From: Lama guanicoe | Lineage: Eukaryota | Assembly: GCA_013239625.1 (NCBI GenBank) | Contig: MU053758.1 | Location: 248,001 to 312,000 of the forward strand | Reading direction: 5' to 3' | Length of the DNA stretch: 64,000 nt | Part shown: in pieces, positions 53,410 through 64,000 of the stretch | Layout: every line of letters begins with the position of its first letter | Position numbering within the stretch: position 1 is the first letter of the stretch | The notes under the pieces: model-generated | What the model was told of the DNA's origin: nothing | Databases searched by the model: none | What the model saw: only the letters and a program-made list of their open reading frames with translations | Program-made: the position numbers and the translations under genes

Positions 53410-56400
53410 AAAATCGACTTGAAAAAAAATGGAGCGGAAAAAAAAAAGGCGAAGCCACGTGGTGAAAGCCCCCACCCACCCTGCAGGGGAAGACCCCCGA
53501 CGCCTCAAGGCCCTTCGGCCCTCCAACCCTGCCCAGCCCTCCAAACTCCCGCCCCGGGGTTGCTCTCCATTCACCCCTGGGGTAAACTGGACGGGTGGGG
53601 TCCGCTTTCTCGAAGCTCTACTCGCCCCCTTCCCCTTTAGAAGAATCTGGCCCCTAGGGAGGAGCCCCGCCCCCACCCATCCCCCTACCCGGGCCCTAGC
53701 TGGGGGAGGGTGGTCCGAATCAGAATCTCCCACCTCTTAATGGGTAAAATGTATGGTTATTTTTTATTCGAGTGGTCGGCGGTGGGGGGAGTTTGCCCAC
53801 CCTACCCTAGCTCTAACTGCTAGCGACTGACAGGCGGGGGACGGCCGAGATAGACAAAGAGAAGCCGAGGACTCTGGGGTCTTCAGGAGGGGGTCGCGCG
53901 AGCCGGTGATTTCAAAATAAAGGCGCTTTTTCCTAGATCTTTAAGTGGGGGGGGGTCCTCAGCCTTCCCAGCCCCAGCGCTAGGCGACTCCCTCGCCTCG
54001 GGGAATCCAGGACCTAGGGGGGGTCTTGCGAGCGCGGGACCGGGAAGCTGGGAACACGGGGATCGCAGCTGGGAACGGAGGATCCGCAGGAAATCATGTT
54101 TCGGGATTCCCCCGGGAGAAAGGGTGGCTCACACCCAGGGTTCGGCTGTTGAACCACAACGTCTCGGGGTCCTAGGGAAAGCGCGGCTCCGGCCCAAGAT
54201 GACCCCGGGAGAGGGAGGGGTGGAGAGAAGGAAGAGGAGTGGTCGCGTGAGCAGACCCGGGCTAACCGAAGGGGGAGGTCTCAGGGAGGGAGTGACAGGG
54301 TGGAGATCCAAATGATCCCCTTCTCCCTCCCTGACGCGGGGGCGGACAGGTGGAGTCCCCTCCGCCCGCCCCACCCACGACAGCGACGGCAGCTTTCCCA
54401 GCGCTGGGTCCGGGTCTCGGAACTTTGTTTGGGGTGCAGGATTTGGATCCGGGCGGGAAGGCGGTAGAGGGGCCGAGGGCGGGGGGCCGAGAGCGAGGCC
54501 CCGCCCACGTCCCCAGGTCAGACTCGCGGGGGGAGGGGGTAATTTCCGCTCGGCGCCCGGGGAAGCGAGGGGCGGGAGCTCTGCTCTGAGGAGGGGGCGG
54601 CGGCCCCTCCCCCGCCCGCCTAGGGTGGGGGAAGCGGATCCGCCCTGGTCCCTTCCCTCGCCTTTGACCAACTCGTTCCGGATCCTCTGGCCCCGGGAGC
54701 CCGAGGGACGGACCCGACTGGGCAAGGGGCGACACGTGGGCGGTCGCACCCCGTCTCGGCGGTGGGGGAGGGGGCAGTTGGCCTCGCGTTTCGGAGTCCC
54801 GGATACGCGGCGCGGAACCGGGCGTGCGGTCCACGCGCACCCGGGATCCCGGGCCGAGGGGCGAGCGAGGCCAGCGAGTTTCTAGCGGCGGGGGCTGGGC
54901 CGGCGCCAGCGGGTGGTGGAGAGCGCGGCCCGGGGACCCTGGAGCCCCTTTACTCAGCTAACCGAGGAAAGGGGGGCGGACCCCCAGTAATGCCAGAGTC
55001 TCCCCGAACTGGGCGGAAGCTCGGGTTTTGCTCTGGGTTCTGCTGGAGGGAGGAATAATTCTGTCGGGGGGCACGCGCGCTGCGAGGGCAGGTGAGGAAG
55101 GGGGTCACTCTCCCTTTCCCGGTCCCCGACCCCATTGTCTCAGTCGCCTGCGGCCCGGGCCGACTCCGCAACACGTGTTGGCTGCACCGATATGAATGCC
55201 TTGGATTTTTTTTTCTTGTTATTATTTTGTGTTTGCAGAGTCAGTGAGCCGACTCCGACTCCGACTCCGGCGCACCGCCCTTCTGGCAGACGATTTTATA
55301 CCGTTCAAAAGTCGGGAGTTAAAGGACGACACGCTGCACCTTTGTCCCCCTCCCCGTTTTCCCCGCTCACAGAAAAGAAATGGGGCTTGGGCGTGGGGGT
55401 GGGGGAGGGCTTCCAACTCGGTTTCTCCATCTCCACCACCTTCAAAACCCACCCTCCAAATCCGCGTTTTGTTCTTGCCAGCCACGTGTTTGTCGGATTT
55501 TTACTTTTGTGATTTTTTTCCCTTCCGTGGTTTCACGGAAATTAAAATACTATAAGCTATTAGTTGCTGAGTAGAAAAAGGATGCTTTCTATCCAAGAGG
55601 GTGGGCGGTATCTGTATTCCACCCCCACACACACACCTCCTCCCACCCTCCCCCCGTTTCTGACTCTTAATATTTAGTCAGCTCTTGACGATAAACAATT
55701 TAAAACAAACCAACGAGGTGGGAGCTGCCTGCCACATAGTAGGCATTCAATAAACTTTTTTTTTAAATGAAAAGCGAGCCAATAGGAGCAGTCGAGCAAA
55801 GAAAATCCAGAGAAAAATTAAGAGTCCAGGAAAAAAATATTATCTTGCCCAGAATGAGTGGGTCTGTTGCCCTAGGACTCTTCTTGGTGATGTGTGTGTA
55901 CTTTTGAAAGGGCTGAAAGATGGTCTCAGAAAGGCTGTTCTACTCCTTGGCCTTTTCCTAAATATGGAGCCCCACTCTCCTGAAACTGTTTGTTATATTG
56001 GGAAGCAAGGAAGAGGGGACTAGGTAAGGCATTCCAGTTCCCAGAAACAGTTAGTGCTGCTTCCTTCATTTAATTTAAATCTTTAGGAATTAATAGAATC
56101 ACCTCTCAGGTTTTCTCCCTGGGGAACATATCCACTACTCTATCTCTTTATTCCTAAAACAAAAGCAAGTTACACCCCACAAAAATCTCCATTCAGATCT
56201 CTAAATGCCTGTAAAATGCAGCTCACCTTTTCCTATCCTAAATTCAGAGGGAAACAAATTTTTTAAGTTAATCGTTGAATTCAGTTCACATTTAGGTTGA
56301 TTTTTGTTTCCATTTAAAAATATAAGTCTAAATGTTAGCTGATGTTAGTCAGTTTTTTAAAATGTTTTTAAATGACGGAGGGAAAAATATAAATGTATTA

Positions 56401-59400
56401 AGTTAAAAGTTTACTGATAAATTGAAACTGATCAGTTCTTTTTGAAAATCAGCTGTTTCACTGAATTCTAATCCTCCCCCTGCCCCCCACCAAGGGCTTC
56501 TGTGTATAGTCAGAGGCTGCAAGAACACAAGAGAGAGGAGACAGCTGGGGTGAGATGCAGACCCTTTTCAGCCCCCAAATCAGTTTTGCCTCAGTGACCT
56601 GGCTATTTTAGGCTGAGGTTGGGGGACTGGATGATGTTGACTGGTGTTTCATCTCTCCCCTCTGAGTGAGCCCAGCTCTAAAATTAACCTGAGGGAAGGG
56701 TTATTTCTTGTCAAGACTCACATGCCCAGGTTGGGGATAGGAATGGGGTGACTTGAGATGCCATCGTTTATCATCATTCTTTTCTTTGGCTTTATTTAAA
56801 CAACATCTAGTAAACATTTTATGTTTGTTTGTTTTTTTCTACACAGTTTCTTTAGGAAAGTTTAATCTTCAGAGTTAAATTCAGTTGGTGAGTGTTAAAA
56901 ATACAGCTGCAGGATAAATTGTTTTCTTTCATAATAATTTTTAAAATTATTATCTTACGCTTGTTGTTCTCCTCTTCCTCCTTCTCCATTTTTTTTTCTG
57001 GAGAAGTGTTTGGTCTAGTTACATAATTCAATTCTCTGAATTCAGAAACACTGAAACTTGACTCCATTTTAAAGATGGGATTTTGTTCCATTTTCCTTCA
57101 ATGTGAACATACAAATATATGCAGAAAGAAAAAACAAAACAAAAAGAGAACAAAACAACTTTAAAAACTTCAAAAAATAAAGTGAAAAAATCAACAATTC
57201 CACCCTTGTCATGCAAAATTAATTTTAAGTATTTCCAGTTTTTTCCATTTGTAATAGTTTTATATTTTGTCATCTCATTTGTATATCTTGATTTCTTTTA
57301 CTTGCTGTTGTGCCATAAATATTTTCCCACGCTGCCTCAAAGTTTTGATAGCTATCATTTTGAGCCAACATGTTACATTCAGCCCAATAGATGTAAGGTA
57401 ATCATTAATCATTATTGTTAGATATATGGTACATCAGTTTTTTAACTTTCATTAGCAGTGGTGCTGAATAGATATTTGGGAGCATAGAACTTTTTCCTCT
57501 TTTAGATTAGCTCATTTGGATAAATCCCCAGAATATATATTGCATTTTATTTTATTTTTTATATGGATTTTAAATCTAAAATTTATCAATGACTTTCTAT
57601 TTTCAAAGCTTCCATGTTTTAGAGAAAAGAGGACACAAACAAGTTGGAAAGCAGTTAGGGGGTAATACAATAAAGTAGAATTTTTCCATTTTTTAATTTT
57701 CTGATGAATCATAATAATATTGAAATAAATGTATGGTTTCTATGAAATATAGAAAAAGAATGTTTCACATTTCCTGATGTGAAAATTTCACATTCTCCTT
57801 TGACTTTAAGGTTTTTGAAGAAATTTGTCTTTTGTTTGCTTGGTTTTTGTTTATTTTGTTGTTGTTGGCTTGTTTTTCATTGTTACTGCCTTGGGATATT
57901 TATTTATTCCTGCAACTTGAAGTCCTAGTGTGGTTCTTTTAAATGCCTATAACTTTGAAAAAGTGTAAATTAGCCCCAATTTAAAAGCACATTCAGCATT
58001 TTCTCTTGTCAAATAAATAAGGATAATTATGTGTTTGTGATAAGTCATAAAATGTAACAGAATTATAAACAGAAAAGGAAATTTTCTCCTTCCAATTATT
58101 ATGTAAAAGTGTTCAGTGTTTAAAATTTTAGAAAGAAATATGTTTATTCCAGAGATAGAAGAGATTCAAGGAGGAAAAAGAACTTCCAGAACAATCATTT
58201 GTTTTTCTATGGGTCACACAATGTGTGACAAAACTGCCCAATTTTTTGTTTTGGCTCAGGTTTTCAATGTAGAAACTTTTAGATAAGGAAGGGAATCGTT
58301 TATTTTAGTAACTTTTAAAAACTGGATGTTTCCAAATTCCATTTGTTAGTGAATTAAACTGCACCACACTAGCCCCTATTGACACATGTGAAAGGAATAG
58401 TCAATAACATTCCTCAGACTACATTAGTACTGCATTTTGCATTTTTTTCCACTCCAAAATCGTTTGGTTAAAAGATAATGAACAACTTTGTTTAGTCCCT
58501 GTTTTACACAAAATGTAAAATAGATCCCTGGTTTGTTTGAGGGGAAATTGTACAATTGAAGAAAAGACAGGGAAATTAATGTTATTTTTCAAAATAAAAC
58601 AAGTTGTAAAAGGCAACAGAAGTGAGGGAATTTATACTTAAATGTTTTTTAAGTGGAAATAGCAATAAGACAATTTTGTACTTGAAAGCTACCTATCTTC
58701 TAAGTATTTAAATGATTTTAATTCAAAATGAATCAGTTACAGCATCAAACTGCATGGAGTTAATTTGATTTTAGCTACATAAACTCTATGCTTCTTAAGA
58801 CTAAAATAATTTTCCTATCTGGAAAGCAAACTATTTTTGTTTGCTTGTTTAAAATTTTACTTCTGGTGATAAGATTAATTGATTTGACTCCTATTTCTAG
58901 GTTGGACTTTTTTTTTAAGGAGGTGTCTTAAATATTTCTGAGTGCTTAAGAGGGGATGATGCTATGTTTTTTATATGCAAGTTGAAAAAATTAACACATA
59001 TACTATTTCCCTAATATTTCATCACCAAAATACTCATTAAAAACACTTCAAAAAAGACTCCTGTCTTTGTAAAACAAACCTTCCCATTGTAGAGTAAAAG
59101 GGACCCAGCCTAACAGTATATATATATATATTTTTTTTTTTAAAACTGGTTATTTATCTAAACTGAGATACAATTCTAAAAGTGATTTCTGATTTTCATG
59201 GGTTAACAGTCTAGAAAGACTTTGAGTCCTGCCACCTCTCCCATTAACACTGAAAACATTTTAAGGATTATTATGAACACAACTTAACTTGAATTCTTCA
59301 ACATAACCAAAAGGTATTTGATCAGCATTTGTTTGATAAATTACTGAAACATTTTCATGAACCTCTTTTCATTCTACAAGGTACTTACAACGTGTATGGG

Positions 59401-60081
59401 AAACAAAAGTTAGAGTTATTTCTAAATTGCTTTGAAATGAGGTTCAGGATCTCTTTCCCTATCTTCCTCTTCTTCCCTGCCCCTCCCCCCGCCCCTCCAA
59501 CCCTCTTTGCAATTTTTCTTTTTTCTTTGTTACTTCTCTTCCCCCTTTTATTATTCTTTGACTCCTCTGTCCCTCAACCCATTTCTTTCCTCCTTTTGAT
59601 CAGCCTACCTATTCAAACTTTCCATGCTTTTCTTCCCTCTTTCCCTCTTCCTTCTTCCTCTCCCACTCTCACTGGCTTGTTACCATTCAAACTGTTATTT
59701 CTGGTGAAATGGAAGAATATAGAGAGGCTTAAATTACTTTATCCACCAAAACGGGAAACTTGTTACACACTTGAGAAGAAGTCCAGGGTAATCCAGACCT
59801 CAGAGCTCCTCCACCCCTGTTCTCCCAGGATGTGTTGTCTGAACATTCACTAGACACTTTTATTTCTTTGTATCATTTTCCTGCATCTTATGTAACTTAT
59901 ATCTAGTTTGGTTATTAGCATTTTATGTATCAAACACTTGAGAGCAAAGACTATACTCAGGGAGGCCAACACAGTGCTAACAGATGTCCAAAATATATAT
60001 TAAATAACTATCTTTTGGTACTACCTGAGAAGAAGACAGGGTCAGTGTGAGCATAAAATGCTGTGTTCAGCCTGTAAGTGC

Positions 60082-60225
60082 TTTTTCTTTTTTTCTTTCC
60101 TTCCTCCTTTCCTTTCCTTTTCTTTTTCCTTTCCTTTCCCTTCCCTTCCTTCCCCTCCCCCCTCCTCTCCTCTCCCCTTCTCTTCCCTGCTCTCCCCTCC
60201 CTTCCTCTTTTCTTCTTTTCTTTTC
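60082..60225. repeat. Polypyrimidine (CT-rich) low-complexity tract
   Basis: About 140 nt almost entirely C/T on the + strand. Confidence 0.9.
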
Positions 60226-61024
60226 TAAACGCAATACTCCACAATCATCAGATGAAGTACGGGTAAATGCAGTCATTGGAAAAAACGATTGGTCTACAGC
60301 AAGAATTGCAACCTAAGGGTATCTCTGGGTTTGTCCCTCCCTAGTCTTGCACCCATGACAGTGCCCAGTGCCCACTGAGGAGCACCCTCTTTCAGTGTCT
60401 GGTCAAAGGAATAGCCTCAGGATTCTTTTCCACTCAGGGTTTCAGGCAGCCATTGGCAACCATCAGAGTTAGTTGGCACATCTCCGCCTCCTAAGCTCTG
60501 CTGATGCCACACAGCCAGGATGACAATCTCAAGGGACAGTCCACATGCACTTCCTGCCGAGAATGCTCTTAGAGTCTTCCTTCTAAGAATGTAGGTAGTA
60601 CTCCATAAACCATGTAAAGATTTGTTATTTTGTATGTCATCCAAGGCAAAAATGTCACCCCAGGACAGCCTTATGTCTTGGTGATTCCCAAGATGTCTGG
60701 TACAGATACCCATCCATAGTATATGTTTATTGAATATCCTGGCTATCGGTTCAGCTATGAACACTCAAGGAGACAGTAAACCAATTTTTATGAGCAGGTT
60801 AAATTAAAGGAAAAATTAAGAGGGTTTTGAAAATAGTAAAGTGCTTTGTTTTGTTTTTAATCTATAATACTCATTACTAGCAAGAATATAGTGAAATAAA
60901 GCATTCCACATAATTGTGTGGGAAAACAAGCCGAAAGCAACAAAAACCTTTATAAATTTGTGACATTTGACTTAGGAATTGCACTTCTGAGTAACTTTTC
61001 TATCAAAAATCCAGTATGTAAAAT

Positions 61025-61440
61025 ATTTTATTCAGCCTTAAAAAGAAATGAAATTCTGATACCTGCGACAATATAGTTGAAACTTAAAGCATCACACTAA
61101 GTAAAATAAGCCAGACACAAAAGGACAACTATATGATTCCACTTATACAAGATATCTAGAATAGTTACATTCACAGAGACAGAAGGTAGAATAGTGTTAC
61201 CAGGAGCTGGAGGAGGAGGTGGGTTGGGTAGTTAGTGTTTAGTGGGTACAGAGTTTCAACTTAAGAGGATAAGAAATTTCTTGAGATAGTGTGATGGTTA
61301 CACAGCAGTGTAAATGTACTTAATGCCACTGGATTTTATACTTAAAATGGTTAAATTTACAAATTTTATGTTTTATATATATATTTTACCATGCTTTAAA
61401 GAGGCAAAAAGAACTTTTTCAAAATAAAAAAAAAAAAACA
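61025..61440 (+). mobile_element. L1MB-like 3' end
   Basis: TATTCAGCCTTAAAAAGAAATGAAATTCTG...AATAAGCCAGACACAAAAGGACAA...GGGTACAGAGTTTCA, then an A-rich tail. Confidence 0.8.
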
Positions 61441-62344
61441 ACAACCCTTAATGAACAAAGATGTATTATGTATCACTGAAAGAAAAAAAAATGTTAGCAA
61501 TATAAAGGCTTAAAAATAGAGGAATTTCCTAAATAAAGTGACTTTATGAGAAGAAAAATAGAGGAATCGTTAAGTAACTTCTAACATAGCCACTTGGTAA
61601 AATACTACATAGTCATTAAAAATTATGGTCAAAAAGAGTTTAGAAAAATTTGGAGGAAGTTTACCAAAAAATACATGTTACAAAACTGAGTATTTCATAT
61701 AGTCTGTGTGATTGGGGTGGGGTAGGGGGGACTACATGTGCAAAGAACGCTAGAAATTACCTTACAGAAACTCTTGCACATGGATACCCAGATACAATCA
61801 TATTCACAGCAGGATTGTTTATAATAACAAAACCTATAATAACAATAACAAATATTCATCAACAGGTATGGTTATGCAATGGAAGTATAGTGAGCAGTGA
61901 CAATGAATGAACTTCAGGGTGAATTTCACAATGCTGATTTACAAAAAAAGAAAGAAAGGAAGAAAAAGAAGAAAAACAGAGGCTGAGTAGTATACACATT
62001 ATGGTTTCATTTATGTAAGTTCAAAAATATGCAAAACTGAACAACATATTGTTCAGGGCTGCATCCCAAAGAGGTTAAACTTTAAAGAAAAGAGTGATAA
62101 GCAAACTTCCAGAATGTGGTTAATTCTGGGAAGCAGCACAAAGGTGATGGTAGAGGGTCTCACAGGGTACTTCAAAGATGCTGGGAATGGATGTTCCAGT
62201 TCCCATCTGAGTGGCAGCTACCCAAGTGGTTGTTTTGCTATTCTTGATACTGTACATGTACAGTTTCTATTATCTTCATTAAGAATAAATATTTCATAAT
62301 AAACAGTAGTTGAAATAATAACATCTGGAAAATTGTTAATGATA

Positions 62345-62830
62345 ACTTTTTTCTTCCAGTTTTATTGGGATATAATTGACATACACCACTGCATAAGTTT
62401 AAGGTGTACAGCATAATGATTTGACTTACATACACCCTGAAATGATGACCACAGTAAATTTAGTGAACATCCATCATCTCGTATAGATACAGAATTAAAG
62501 AAATAGAAAAAAATGGTTTTTGCTTGTGATGAGAACTCTTAGGCTTTACTCTCTTAACATGCATATGTAACATACAAAAATGTTAGTTACACTGATCATC
62601 TTGTACATTACAGCTCTAGTACTTACTTATCTTGTAACTAGAAGTTTGTACCTTTTGACCACCTTCATCCAATTCTCCCTCCCCTTACCCCCCATGTCTA
62701 GTAACCACAGTCTGATCTCTTTCTCTTTGAGTTTGTTTAAGGTATAATTGACCTACAACACTATGTTTTTCCCTGGTGCAGAACATAGTGATGTGATATT
62801 TCTGTACATTACACATTGATCACCACTCCA
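62345..62830 (-). mobile_element. L1MA-like 3' end
   Basis: TTTTATTGGGATATAATTGACATACA...TTGTGATGAGAACTCTTAGG...AACTAGAAGTTTGTACCTTTTGACC; related to the element at 2620-3343. Confidence 0.75.
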
Positions 62831-64000
62831 CTAACAATAACTTTGGTTTTGAGAATATTAGTAGATTTCACTCTGTTTTTCTCTCTTTCTCTCTCCCCAC
62901 CTCATCTGTTTCTCTCTCTCTCTCAACTCTGCTATATTTTTCAAGATTTCTAGACTGTCTATTACATTTTTATAACAAACTTCTTTAAAAAGGCAAAATA
63001 GATATTCAAATTAATCATCCCAAAATACCTTTATAAGCCAAATAAGGAATAGCTTTGGATCATCTGCTGTTCCAAGATTTGATGTGCCCAGAAGTTCTTT
63101 TTCCATTAGCAACCGGGGTTGAGGGTTAACTGCAACTCACCCTGATCAATCACGGATGTGGCTTGACTTTAGCTAAAGGTCTGATTAATTATACATGTTT
63201 TCATAATAAACTGAGGCAGTATGTGCTGAAATTTAGGACTGGCTCGTGAACAACAGGAAGCAAGCACCCAGAGTCACACCTGCCCAGTCTGTCCTGGATC
63301 TTGCAGACATACTGCTCCTTTCAACATCCAGGCTTGAGTCCTATTCGTTTTCATTTGCATTCACTGGAAACCTCTAAGGGTGAAGCTTATTTCTTCCTTG
63401 TTAGTCTGGGAGTTTCTTGCTGTGGAATCATTTCCTTCAATACATTGGAAACCACAGGGCAGGATCCATGTTGCTTCCTTTCTCTAAGTGGGTGGTTTCA
63501 TTATTTTTACCACCTAAGATCTCCTTTGTTATTTCTCCATGAACCCAATGTTTTGACAAATGTTGCCTATCAAAAAATTTCATTGATCAAGTAGTAACAA
63601 ACATTGAGTGGCTAAGTAGACTTTCTACACAAGTGGCAAGAGGTTGTACTATTTCCACCCAAAGCAAAGGGACTTGGCATTGGAATTTACTCAAGCAGCA
63701 TTGTCTGGAAAAATGTCTGACTTGTGTTTGATGTCCTCCCTGGCTGAAAATAGCTCGTGGATAACACTTTATACCTTCCTTCCTTCTTTCTAAAAGCCCG
63801 GGGTCTGAGGACCCTAGAGTTTGAGAAACATTAGTCAAGACAAGCTTTCCCACTTCCAGCACTTTGCCTGGGAGGAGAGCAGAAGAAAGAAAAGTTGCAG
63901 AGAGAACATGTTAAAATGTGGTAAACACCTGAGGTATCATTGTTTCTATTCTATAGGTCAACTGTGCCACAGATAGGTAGCAAGACCTGGAGGATAACCC

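Noticed and set aside
59329..60316. Hydrophobic Phe/Leu/Pro- or Lys/Arg/Glu-rich ORFs
   Set aside because: Translations of polypyrimidine/polypurine low-complexity tracts.
55800..64000. Exons of the expected neighbour GIP upstream (and B4GALNT2 downstream in 1-11400)
   Set aside because: No recognisable exon of either gene was seen; these flanks read as repeats and AT-rich intergenic DNA.

Overview
Mammalian genomic DNA, probably camelid: the tRNA-Ala-like SINEs resemble the Vic-1 family. The window holds the complete IGF2BP1 (IMP1/ZBP1/CRD-BP) gene on the minus strand. I traced 15 coding exons from ATG 53074 to TGA 18013. All introns are GT-AG, and the exons join to 1734 nt (577 aa + stop) with 2 RRM and 4 KH domains. 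The gene has a CpG-island promoter with four CACGTG E-boxes and a ~6.5 kb 3'UTR with let-7 sites and proximal and distal poly(A) signals. Intron 2 contains two further CpG islands, and the last intron holds an antisense RPL35A processed pseudogene. The flanks are mostly interspersed repeats (MaLR/ERVL LTRs, L1 3' ends, a hAT fossil, SINEs). I found no convincing novel biological system. The best second-look items are overlapping let-7/miR-196 sites, a candidate internal promoter in intron 2, a candidate spliced divergent transcript, and a composite SINE insertion carrying captured sequence. Repeat family names and comparisons with human sequence come from recall, not a database search.
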